In this document: piece by piece, positions 55,606 through 64,000 of the stretch
How positions within the stretch are numbered: position 1 is the stretch's first letter
Layout: every line of letters begins with the position of its first letter
NCBI GenBank assembly: GCA_016181265.1
Contig: JACOZP010000008.1
Location: 132,583-196,582 of the forward strand
Origin: Candidatus Woesearchaeota archaeon
GTDB lineage: Archaea; Nanobdellota; Nanobdellia; Woesearchaeales; GW2011-AR9
Length of the DNA: 64,000 nt
Direction: 5' to 3'
Notes under the pieces: model-generated
The model's input: only the letters and a program-made list of their open reading frames with translations
Told to the model about the DNA's origin: nothing
Database searches by the model: none
Translations under genes and position numbers: made by a program

Positions 55606-55651
55606 TCTCCTAACAAACTTTTATAAGGATAAACTCTTTATTCTAAAAGAT

Positions 55652-58144
55652 ATGAACAAAAAGAGGGATGCTTTTCCTATTTTGCATGCTAAAAAAGGTC
55701 AGATTACTATCTTCATCATCCTCGGCTTAGTGATTCTTACTGTTTTTCTCTTTTTGATCTTCATCGTAAACACCAGCCAGCGCGCGAACCTAGAAGCAGA
55801 AAAAGCAGAAGCATTCGACAGTATTTATTCTAAAGAAGGATTATATTTGTATCTGGATACGTGTTTGAAAGACTCGTTGACTGAAGCGGTTGCCTTGATT
55901 CAAAAACAGGGAAGACTTTGGCGAGATATCAATCCTGGTGGCTTTGTTCCGTTTGAAGAGGGTAAAACAGGAGTAACAGTCAATGGGGTTCCCATTGCGT
56001 ACGGGTTAATCTATAATCCTTTTGAACTTTCACCAGAGGCGTACCCTTGTGCTTCCGAAGAAGGAAAACCAACATTTTGTTCATATCACTATCCTGATTC
56101 TACGGTCCGTTTTGGTGAATTAGTGTTGTCGTTGTCAACTGTTGAAGATGATCTTCGTCGCTACCTCAACCAGAAAGTTGTTGATTGTGCAGAGAAACTA
56201 GCTGTTGAAGAGATAGCACCCGATGCAGTTGTAGAGATCTCCAATCCTCAGTTTACTGTTTCGCTGCAGAGCAATGGTATCGCTGTTGATGCCACTATCC
56301 CTTTTTCAATGGTGATTCGGGGAATCCATTATTTTACAACTTCCTCTCTCAAGTTCTTTTATGACACTCCGCTGCGCGAGGTTGTGGAGACTGCAGCTTA
56401 CTTTCCTCTTCAAGCCGATCGGGATCACATCGATTTTTCCTATGATGAAAATACTTTGATTGCGCAAGATTATGTTGTTGGTTCTAAAGAGGAACTGAAG
56501 GGTTCTCTCGGCCAAAGTATGTGTACTTTCAGTGAGGGTAGTGATTCTTCTTATTTCATGTGTACAAAGAAGTTAGTAGTCGGATATTCTTCTTTAGGAT
56601 TAAAAATGAACTTTCAAAATTTAGATAATGGAGATACGCATTATACCTTCATTTCTCCAACAGTACACTATACATTTGCTCGGCAAAATCGTCCACCGGC
56701 TTTAGATTATGTTGCGCGTTATGCTTGTCCGAGAGGAGAATATGATTATCTTGCAATTGCCGGAGATCCTGCGTTAGGCACGATTGATATCACAGTAACT
56801 GCACGAGACCCGGACGAACAATTACCTACGGTGAGTGTTATTGATATTTCCGAAACTCCTCTATCGGCGGACAGCGATCCTCTTACTGAGCGTTTTGTAG
56901 CTTCTAGCCTCAATCCAGGACAATATTTGTTGAAAGCGGCGGCGAAAGACCCTGCGGGATTGGAAGATACGCAGGAGGTACGCGTAGTAGTAGATAATCC
57001 CATCTCTACTTCCATTTCTGTCCATCATATGTATCCTGACCTGATGACTGCAACTTCAGAAGAAATTGTTCTTGTTTCCCCAGAAGATCCCATCACAGTT
57101 GAGATGAACCTTCCTCAGAAATCATTAACCGAGGATCTTGGAGAATTTCGTTTTTCATTCTTGACGGATCAACTAGAAACATTATTTGACTTGATCCCTG
57201 ACCAAGGTTCTCCATTTGCTTTCAACAGCTATTCTTTTGTTTTTCCTTATGGTTTTGAGGGGAAAGATTTGATTAGAGAGATAACAGACACTTCACAATT
57301 TAAATACGCTCCTTTCACCAGCAATGTTAAGCAAGGCACATTTACTTTAAATTATAATATCAATTATTGTGGTTATCATAAACAATCCAGTGAAAGTTCG
57401 GTCCCTGTTATTGTAACTCCCTGTTTACCACATCAAAATTCTGATCACCCCTTTCCTTATCCTTATCAGGATTATGTGGATAAAGATCATGATGGTATTG
57501 CAGATAGGGACACTGATGGGGAACTGGTCCTAGAAAAATTAGAAGATCCGTTCGATGCTAGTCACGCTTGTTGTCTTGGCGACCCCACTGTGCCGGCAGC
57601 TTGGAAAATCGCTTCTTTAGAAGACAATGTTGGCTGTTTTAGAGATATGGTTGATGAGGAGGAGTCACTAGGTTGCTTTGGCGATGTTGATGCTAAAGGG
57701 AGGGGATATCTTTTAGAAAAAAGAATCACTAGAACTACTTTTTGTTCAGGATCAAGGGGAAATGTTTGTGATGGTGAGGAAAAGTTCGAAGCCGAACCTC
57801 AACAAAAATGTGGCATTAAAAGCCAAACAGAATGTTCCCTCGTCGCCCAAGAATGTCAAGGGCTTGCTCCTTATACAAAAGGTGACGGCTTCTGGTGTTC
57901 TGGAGATGTAGGATGTGGAGATACAAAGAGTAATGCTTGTACTTCTGAAATTGTCACAAACGTGAAAGGATTAAGTTTTGATTACGTCCAATCACAACAC
58001 GAGCAGTATAGTTGCGGCTGTACTTCTAAAGAAAAAGATCGAACTTGTCTCAGATTAAGTGATGAGGTTATCGGTACCTGTCGAAGAGGGACTATTCCTG
58101 GCACTTCCATAATTAATCCTCTTTCTTCTTATGCGTGTAGGTAA
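55652..58144 (+). CDS. Giant Cys-rich surface protein C (about 830 aa) with type-IV-pilin-like (class III) signal peptide
   Basis: N-terminus MNKKRDAFPILHAKKG|QITIFIILGLVILTVFLFLIFIV: basic region, Gly at -1, Gln at +1, about 24-residue hydrophobic stretch, no AxA site. Ig/cadherin-like middle. C-terminal Cys-rich region with HACCLGDP (compare CCGDDG in protein A). Start placed at the in-frame ATG 55652 after the overlapping small gene. Confidence 0.65.
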   Translation: MNKKRDAFPILHAKKGQITIFIILGLVILTVFLFLIFIVNTSQRANLEAEKAEAFDSIYSKEGLYLYLDTCLKDSLTEAVALIQKQGRLWRDINPGGFVPFEEGKTGVTVNGVPIAYGLIYNPFELSPEAYPCASEEGKPTFCSYHYPDSTVRFGELVLSLSTVEDDLRRYLNQKVVDCAEKLAVEEIAPDAVVEISNPQFTVSLQSNGIAVDATIPFSMVIRGIHYFTTSSLKFFYDTPLREVVETAAYFPLQADRDHIDFSYDENTLIAQDYVVGSKEELKGSLGQSMCTFSEGSDSSYFMCTKKLVVGYSSLGLKMNFQNLDNGDTHYTFISPTVHYTFARQNRPPALDYVARYACPRGEYDYLAIAGDPALGTIDITVTARDPDEQLPTVSVIDISETPLSADSDPLTERFVASSLNPGQYLLKAAAKDPAGLEDTQEVRVVVDNPISTSISVHHMYPDLMTATSEEIVLVSPEDPITVEMNLPQKSLTEDLGEFRFSFLTDQLETLFDLIPDQGSPFAFNSYSFVFPYGFEGKDLIREITDTSQFKYAPFTSNVKQGTFTLNYNINYCGYHKQSSESSVPVIVTPCLPHQNSDHPFPYPYQDYVDKDHDGIADRDTDGELVLEKLEDPFDASHACCLGDPTVPAAWKIASLEDNVGCFRDMVDEEESLGCFGDVDAKGRGYLLEKRITRTTFCSGSRGNVCDGEEKFEAEPQQKCGIKSQTECSLVAQECQGLAPYTKGDGFWCSGDVGCGDTKSNACTSEIVTNVKGLSFDYVQSQHEQYSCGCTSKEKDRTCLRLSDEVIGTCRRGTIPGTSIINPLSSYACR

Positions 58145-58239
58145 GATATATCAAAATTTGATCGCTTATTTTAAACATTTTCTAGACGAGAACGTTCACC
58201 AAACATTTATAAACGTTAAAGCATTTATGAAATTGAATC

Positions 58240-61200
58240 ATGAGAACCCCAAAAAGAGGTTTAGCGTTAGCTTCTGCTTTATCGTTCCTAGTGATATTTC
58301 TGAGTGTTTTCATACCTGCTGTTTCTGCGCAAGAAACCAATCCAACACAAGCAAAAGGGTGTTATTTTTATTCGCAAGGAAGTCTTGATGTTTCTTGTAA
58401 AACCGGCGGGGTCACTGAAGAAGTAGCGCAAGAGGACTGCGCGGCACATAGCGGTTGTGTTCTTCCTAATTGGTTTAAAGCAGGGTCGACCTGTGCGGAT
58501 ATTCCCGAATGTAAAGTTGTCGCTTGTGATGCGGCTAAATATGCTTGTCAGGAAGTTCCTTTAGGCACGTGTGTCCAAGCTGGTGGGAAAGAGATTACTG
58601 CTGAGAACAAAGCGGCAGAGTGTACAAAAGGCTGTTGTGTTGTCCCCCTGCCTGGTGGTCCCTTCTGCGCTCCTGAATTAGTCTTTAAATCGACATGCGC
58701 AGAGATTGCAGCATCGAAACAAGGAACAGCAAGTTATAAGTTTTATAATCCGGACTCGATGACATTGGCTCTTTGTCAACAGCAATATTGCAAAGCCGCA
58801 GTTGCGGAAGGGAGCCTGATAGGAATTGTAAAAGATCCTACCGGACAGGCCATCGCAGGCGCGACGATCTCAATCTTAGGCACTGTTTCTTCTACTCAAA
58901 CTAGTGCTACGGGAAGTTATTCTCTTCTTCAACTTGTGCCCGCTACCTACTCAGTAAAAGTCTCAAAAGCAGGTTATATGGAGGTAATCAAAAGCGTATC
59001 TGTGTCTGCGGGAGATGCAACTACTTTTGATTTCCAATTACAACCAGCAGCAGGCGCATCATCTTTACGTGTCACTGTCCGTGATACTGTACAGAAACTG
59101 TTGCCGGGGATTACAGTTACGTGGAAAGGTCCTGTTCAAGGAACGACCAAGACAGATAGCCAAGGAACTGCTCTCGTTTCTAATATTCCCGCTGGTGAGT
59201 ATACTTTACTGGTGAGCGCGGTGGGATATGTTTCCCAGGAACAGAAGAGAGTTATCGGCGCAGGAGAGACCGTCGTTGATGTTACTTTACTAAATGCCGT
59301 CTTTCAAGGAGTGCAAGGAACAACATTTGTAAACGGTGAAAAGACATATGGTGTTTCGATCTATGTTGATGGTTTTTTCAAAGCTAAGTCTCAATATCCC
59401 GATGGGAAATATAGTGTCTCTCTGCCTGCCGATGGGAAAGAACACACTGTTTCTGCGACGTACCAGAGCTTTGTCTCTTCGATCGAAACAGTAGCGGTTG
59501 CAAAAGAACAAACAATACAGAAAGATCTCTATCTGGTTTCGTTAAAAGGGGAGTGTGCTGTGGATGGTCCTTCTCCTCAGAAGAATGTTCAAGTGTTCAC
59601 TGCTTCTTCGGTATTAGGAGAAAAAAAGGTCCGTCTCGTCTGGGAAAAACCGTGTCCTGAAGTAGCAAGTTATACGTTACAAAAATCAAGAGGAGAAACA
59701 CTTCTAGCAACAAATACCATTTCTGGATTGGAGACCATCTACGTTGATGATAAAGAGTTGATGTGGAAAGAAACATATTCTTACACTCTTGTCGCTCACT
59801 TTGATTCGGGCTTATCATCAGAGAATGCCGTGACCGCAACAATCACTTTAGGTGATGAGGAATGTGAAGGCAGATTTGTTGATGCAACTAGTACTTGGTC
59901 TTCATTCTGTCTTGTAAATGAAAGACAGACGGTTTACACTTGTACAAATCAGAATATACTCACACCTGCACAGACATGTTCTTCTTTAGGAACGACGTGG
60001 TATTGTGCTCAGACAACGGGCACAACGGCAAGCTGTAAAGATGCGGGAATCTGTTCTGTCAATACCGCTCCTTTTGGTTTATATGCAGTTGAGGACGTAT
60101 GCTATGGACAGGACGACGAAAAATTCTGTTATTATGATTACACAAAAAATACTATTGCAAACCAATGTGCCAGCTGTGCAACTGTGACAAGCTGTTTCGA
60201 TTACCGGAGCAGGGGTGCATGCGAGAAGAATAATTGTGTCAGTTCTCAATGCGCGTGGGTGGATGTTGCATCCAACCCTCCACTTGTTGATTATAGTTAT
60301 CTGTTCTCATCTGACATCTATAGTCCTTTAGTGACCTCGACTGAAACGGGTGCTGGTTATTGTGTTGAGAAGGAATATGACAGTGACGAGAAGTGTTCTC
60401 TCTGTAGCTCTAGTTCGAGCTTATTTGAGAATTACTTTTGTACTCCTAATGTGTGTTCAAGTCTCGGTCGCTGTTTTGCTAATCCTGAACAGACAAGCTG
60501 CGAGCAGTGTAAAGAGAGCCCAGCACCGGATGCGACCTGTTACCGCTACACTTCAGAAACGGAATGTGTTGGAAAAGGAGGAATAACAAAAGATGAATTT
60601 GGGCGTCTTTCGTTTTCTGGCGATCGCTGTTCCTGGGGTCGTTGTTCTTGGGATGGGGCAAGCTGTATTAAAGATGGTAATGCTGATAAAAAGGATGATT
60701 GTGCTCTCGTGAAAGGCAGCTCAGTCGCTTGTGCTGTGGATAACACTCCACCCACAACAACTATGTCCGGCGCTTTGGTAACGACACAATCCCCGCTCGT
60801 CACTTTCACTGCTGACGATTCTTCTGCAAAAGCAGGTCAGACGAATCCTCTTAAAACTTTATCCTATTGTCTAAGTTCCATCGGCGGACCAAATGTGTGT
60901 ACTGCCGATCAATTTGTTTCAGTAGAGTTTAAGGGATTGACTCCTACGGAGAGCATTCCATTTAATATCTCTCAATTTCCTACGTTGGGTGGAGCAAAGC
61001 CAGAGGGAAATATCTTCACTATCTATTTCTATTCGGAAGATGTTTTTTCCAATCGTGAGCAAATCCAGGAAGGAGTATTATATATTGATACTGTTTCTCC
61101 TCAATTTACAGTTGTTGAAGAAGTTGCAACTACCGGGACGGTCTCTCAGCTGAATGTTCATCTTGAAGAGGTCAATGAACCAATTAGTTGTACTTTTTCG

Positions 61201-64000
61201 TTACAGCAGGTCTTACCTCTCGGTGCTGTGCAGACAACGACTGTTCCTCTGGAGGTTCTCGATAAGAAAGCATTGTTTTCCGACCTGAAAGGGATTAAGT
61301 ATGAGTTAACAACAACGTGTACGGATAAGCATAATAACATTAACACCGTGACTGAAGCATATTCGTTCGACCTAGAGCCGAATATTAATATTATCTCTCC
61401 TTCAAAAAATGAAGTTGTTGTGAAGACTTCTGTTCTCTTTAAAGTGGAAACAACGATAGGTTCTACCTGCGTGTTATATGATGCAGCAACTAACCAGAAA
61501 ATCGCCGATTTCGTGACTGATGAGGACGGGTTTAATCACGGGACGGAGCCTATCTCTCTGGCAGAGAGAAAATATGTGGCGGAACAGAAAGTTGTTTGTA
61601 CTGAACTGCTTACGGGAAAAACATACGAAGATTATTTTGATTTTACGGTAGATACTTCTCCTCCTTCTGTTATGATCGAACTTCAAGAAGACTCTAGGGT
61701 GGTACAACATAAGGACACAGGGTGGAAAGAATCGTTTATCACTTCAGCTAATGTCCATCTGGCTTGTTCTTTGAATGGTCTAGCCTGCCAACAAATCTAT
61801 TATTGTCTTGGTGAAGCATGTACTCCTGCCGATCTTTCGGTGTTTAAATCGTACACTTCCTCTTTTGTGGTCGAACAAAGCACAAAGATCTGTTATTATG
61901 CGACACGTGAAGGGGAACAATTGTATAACAATATCTCTTGTGGATTCATCGGGATAGATGGTTTTGGTATCACGTTAGATCTGCCACCTAGTTTTACTTA
62001 CAATGATGAAGTTTGGGGAGTGAGCGCATCTCCTACATTTGATTGGCAGTTCTTCACAAAAGTTCCTACTCAAGAATGCAAGTTTGATTTTATCTCTTCG
62101 TTTACGTATGATGCGCTGGCAAAATATAAATGGAAAGAAAAAAATAGCGGTGAAAAATATCTTTTCGGTAGCTTTCCAGAAGGTGTCTTTTCATCGTTTA
62201 ATCCTAATGGTGGAATCAAAACTGTGTATGTCGCCTGTAAAGATGGGACTGGTGAAGTTAGTCCTATCCAGAAAATGAATTTAGAATACGATCCAACTCC
62301 TCCGGAAATAAAGACTGTGAGCAGTTCCCCAGACCCCGTAATTGAAGGAATAAATACTTTACTCTCTGTTTCGACTGATGATAAGACGACGTGCGTATTT
62401 ATCAATGTAGAAAATGGGAAAACTTACTCTTTTCCTGGGAAGGAGGAACATGTCTTAGATACAACTCACGAGACACTTTTTTATGTCGATGATTTCATCG
62501 GTGATAAGAAAGAGTATGTTCTTAGTGTGATGTGTGAAAACGGTGCTGGACTGAAATCTGCAGTGCAAAATCTAACTATCTCTGTCGATTACACACAAAA
62601 AGGCAGTATCACTTCAATCTATCCTCAAAAAGCGTTTGTTCAGAATGGCCCTCTTTCTGCCGAAGTTATTACCTCAAAGAGCGGCTATTGTGAGCATAAG
62701 ATTGGTGAGGGATATCTTCTCTTTAGCGAAACTAATGGTAATGTACACAAGACCATACTTAATGGCACTGGAGAAGGAGCATATACGCTTCCATTTCGTT
62801 GCTTCTTTGGCGACACTGAACAGACGGGGGAATTTAGTTACACCATCGACAAGCAGCCACCTATTATCGAGTCTATCGATGATGGGATAGTGACGTGTGG
62901 TAAAGATGAGTGGGCAGTTCTCGTGAAGACAAATGAATCTGCACTCGCAAATTACTCCTACAGCGTTTATGCAGCTACCGGTTCGACGATACTTACTGGC
63001 AACAAAACCTCGTTCAGTAAAAGTGATTTACTCTTGGAAAGTTCGGCAGGTCCAGATTCTTCTTTGGTAGTTCCTCTGTCCAGCTTTATTCCGTCGAGCC
63101 AAAATACTACTACAGGTTTTATTATCTCAATCAAAGCAATTGATGCTGCAGGAAATATTGGGCCCGTTAAAGATAGCGATGGAGTGATCGTTTCCAATTC
63201 TTCCCATCCAACTTGCCTTAAAGATTCTAAACTACCTTCGGTTACTTTTTCAACAGTGGACAGCACTTCTTGTTCTTCACGGCTGGTCTCAATGAGTTGT
63301 GGTGATGATACGGGTTGCCAGAATTATCTTTATGGTGTTGGAACGACTGTTGATTCTTGCATTCCTTTGAAACAATACAATGGTAAGAACATTGAAATCA
63401 CTTCTACAAGTTATCTCTGCTATGCAACAAAAGATGCAGTAGGGCAGAACAAGTCGAGTGCCACGCAAGTTATATTTGAGGATAAAGATAGTGATGGAGT
63501 TGCTGATACTTGTGATAGTTGTCCTGAGACTTTGGCAGGTAAGATTGCAGATAGTCAAGGTTGTGCCGAAGGCCAAGTTACTTTACTTCAAGGAGAAATT
63601 GATAGTGATGGGGATGGGCTTCCTGATGCTTGGGAAGAGCAATTCAACTCCTTGACTTGTCAGCTTTCTTCAGTCAGCAAGGATAGTGATGGTAACAGCA
63701 TCTCCGATGGACTGGAAGATTATGATAGTGATGGCAAGAATAACTATGAGGAATATACTTCTGGAAAGAACCCTTGTGTTGCAGAGGTTTCTATCTCTCA
63801 GGACGAAAAACCAGCAGTGCCTGTTTCTTTCCCTACACCTTCGTTTAGCACAGCGTGGGTACTGTTGATCTTGGGGATCATCTTTTCATTTGGAGGATTT
63901 GGTTATCTTCTCTATTCTTACTTAGCATCTGGAAAGAGGACTACCTCAGGACCACAGCGTGAGTTGCCTGCAATTAAGTTGGCTGCTGCAGCTCGTACAC
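58240..64000 (+). CDS. Giant multidomain surface adhesin-like protein D (more than 1920 aa; 3' end beyond window)
   Basis: Frame open from ATG 58240 to the window end (no +strand ORFs listed in this frame). Signal peptide MRTPKRGLALASALSFLVIFLSVFIPAVSA. Cys-rich N-terminal module. Two CarboxypepD_reg-like domains (GIVKDPTGQAIAGATISILG...; VTVRDTVQKLLPGITVTWKG...). Repeated Ig-like modules. Thrombospondin-type-3-like DxDxDG repeats (DKDSDGVADTCDSCPE, DSDGDGLPDAWEE, DSDGNSISDGLEDYDSDGKNNYEEY). Hydrophobic C-terminal TM (AWVLLILGIIFSFGGFGYLLYSYL). Confidence 0.7.
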   Translation, partial: MRTPKRGLALASALSFLVIFLSVFIPAVSAQETNPTQAKGCYFYSQGSLDVSCKTGGVTEEVAQEDCAAHSGCVLPNWFKAGSTCADIPECKVVACDAAKYACQEVPLGTCVQAGGKEITAENKAAECTKGCCVVPLPGGPFCAPELVFKSTCAEIAASKQGTASYKFYNPDSMTLALCQQQYCKAAVAEGSLIGIVKDPTGQAIAGATISILGTVSSTQTSATGSYSLLQLVPATYSVKVSKAGYMEVIKSVSVSAGDATTFDFQLQPAAGASSLRVTVRDTVQKLLPGITVTWKGPVQGTTKTDSQGTALVSNIPAGEYTLLVSAVGYVSQEQKRVIGAGETVVDVTLLNAVFQGVQGTTFVNGEKTYGVSIYVDGFFKAKSQYPDGKYSVSLPADGKEHTVSATYQSFVSSIETVAVAKEQTIQKDLYLVSLKGECAVDGPSPQKNVQVFTASSVLGEKKVRLVWEKPCPEVASYTLQKSRGETLLATNTISGLETIYVDDKELMWKETYSYTLVAHFDSGLSSENAVTATITLGDEECEGRFVDATSTWSSFCLVNERQTVYTCTNQNILTPAQTCSSLGTTWYCAQTTGTTASCKDAGICSVNTAPFGLYAVEDVCYGQDDEKFCYYDYTKNTIANQCASCATVTSCFDYRSRGACEKNNCVSSQCAWVDVASNPPLVDYSYLFSSDIYSPLVTSTETGAGYCVEKEYDSDEKCSLCSSSSSLFENYFCTPNVCSSLGRCFANPEQTSCEQCKESPAPDATCYRYTSETECVGKGGITKDEFGRLSFSGDRCSWGRCSWDGASCIKDGNADKKDDCALVKGSSVACAVDNTPPTTTMSGALVTTQSPLVTFTADDSSAKAGQTNPLKTLSYCLSSIGGPNVCTADQFVSVEFKGLTPTESIPFNISQFPTLGGAKPEGNIFTIYFYSEDVFSNREQIQEGVLYIDTVSPQFTVVEEVATTGTVSQLNVHLEEVNEPISCTFSLQQVLPLGAVQTTTVPLEVLDKKALFSDLKGIKYELTTTCTDKHNNINTVTEAYSFDLEPNINIISPSKNEVVVKTSVLFKVETTIGSTCVLYDAATNQKIADFVTDEDGFNHGTEPISLAERKYVAEQKVVCTELLTGKTYEDYFDFTVDTSPPSVMIELQEDSRVVQHKDTGWKESFITSANVHLACSLNGLACQQIYYCLGEACTPADLSVFKSYTSSFVVEQSTKICYYATREGEQLYNNISCGFIGIDGFGITLDLPPSFTYNDEVWGVSASPTFDWQFFTKVPTQECKFDFISSFTYDALAKYKWKEKNSGEKYLFGSFPEGVFSSFNPNGGIKTVYVACKDGTGEVSPIQKMNLEYDPTPPEIKTVSSSPDPVIEGINTLLSVSTDDKTTCVFINVENGKTYSFPGKEEHVLDTTHETLFYVDDFIGDKKEYVLSVMCENGAGLKSAVQNLTISVDYTQKGSITSIYPQKAFVQNGPLSAEVITSKSGYCEHKIGEGYLLFSETNGNVHKTILNGTGEGAYTLPFRCFFGDTEQTGEFSYTIDKQPPIIESIDDGIVTCGKDEWAVLVKTNESALANYSYSVYAATGSTILTGNKTSFSKSDLLLESSAGPDSSLVVPLSSFIPSSQNTTTGFIISIKAIDAAGNIGPVKDSDGVIVSNSSHPTCLKDSKLPSVTFSTVDSTSCSSRLVSMSCGDDTGCQNYLYGVGTTVDSCIPLKQYNGKNIEITSTSYLCYATKDAVGQNKSSATQVIFEDKDSDGVADTCDSCPETLAGKIADSQGCAEGQVTLLQGEIDSDGDGLPDAWEEQFNSLTCQLSSVSKDSDGNSISDGLEDYDSDGKNNYEEYTSGKNPCVAEVSISQDEKPAVPVSFPTPSFSTAWVLLILGIIFSFGGFGYLLYSYLASGKRTTSGPQRELPAIKLAAAART

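Noticed and set aside
55340-55651. 5' extension of the 934 aa ORF (MFCFSSGLFLNGNILS...)
   Set aside because: It overlaps, in another frame, a better small gene (55306-55605) with a signal peptide and Cys-rich body. The downstream in-frame ATG at 55652 gives a classic class-III/TM N-terminus, so the extension is likely untranslated.
1-64000. CRISPR arrays, rRNA genes, transposases/IS elements, inteins
   Set aside because: No short direct-repeat/spacer arrays, no rRNA-like conserved stretches, no transposase or integrase signatures, and no intein insertions in PolD, MCM, Cdc6 or GyrA were seen.

Overview
This 64 kb window is an AT-rich archaeal chromosomal segment (roughly 33-40% GC in housekeeping genes, patches near 50%). 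Archaeal identity is clear from the gene content: PolD DP1/DP2, Orc1/Cdc6, MCM, PCNA, TBP, TFE, aIF2-beta, Hjc, RpoP, L37Ae, prefoldin, a SAMP/NcsA/UbaA-type thiolation operon and DNA gyrase A. The compact genome, possible tRNA introns and giant cysteine-rich surface proteins suggest a small-genome, possibly DPANN-like, archaeon; this is inference only.

The window has three parts.

1. 1-32 kb is a dense housekeeping region:
- DNA and chromosome maintenance: gyrA, ScpB with a possible ScpA partner, RNase J, PCNA, dCTP deaminase.
- A thiol-disulfide oxidoreductase module: DsbA-like protein, DoxX, a CxxC membrane protein and a thioredoxin-like lipoprotein.
- Translation and RNA genes: TyrRS, RNase Z, Hjc, TFE, aIF2-beta, RpoP, L37Ae, prefoldin-beta.
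- Metabolism, transport and peptidases: RibL, an unusual asparagine-synthetase::diphthine-ammonia-ligase-like fusion, DRG GTPase, an ABC exporter, M24 and M16 peptidases.

2. 32.8-44.1 kb is a core replication island:
- PolD large and small subunits and Orc1/Cdc6.
- An approximately 970 bp non-coding AT-rich candidate oriC carrying ORB-like TTTCCAT...GAAACGATGGGGT repeats.
- An RPA32-like OB/winged-helix protein and MCM.
- TBP and a SAMP-TtuA/NcsA-E1 tRNA thiolation operon follow, next to a ThiI-like THUMP protein with a degenerate PP-loop.

3. 48.6-64 kb is an accessory-looking locus of four consecutive cassettes. Each is a small secreted Cys-rich protein followed by a giant (790 to more than 1900 aa) Cys-rich secreted or anchored protein.
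- The giants carry MopE-like DxDxDG/CDGxDNDC motifs, thrombospondin-type Ca-binding repeats, CarboxypepD_reg and Ig-like domains.
- One has a type-IV-pilin-like (class III) signal peptide.

Two approximately 165 nt tRNA-like genes with perfect acceptor stems and T-arms but interrupted bodies (probable introns) are present. No CRISPR, rRNA or inteins were seen.
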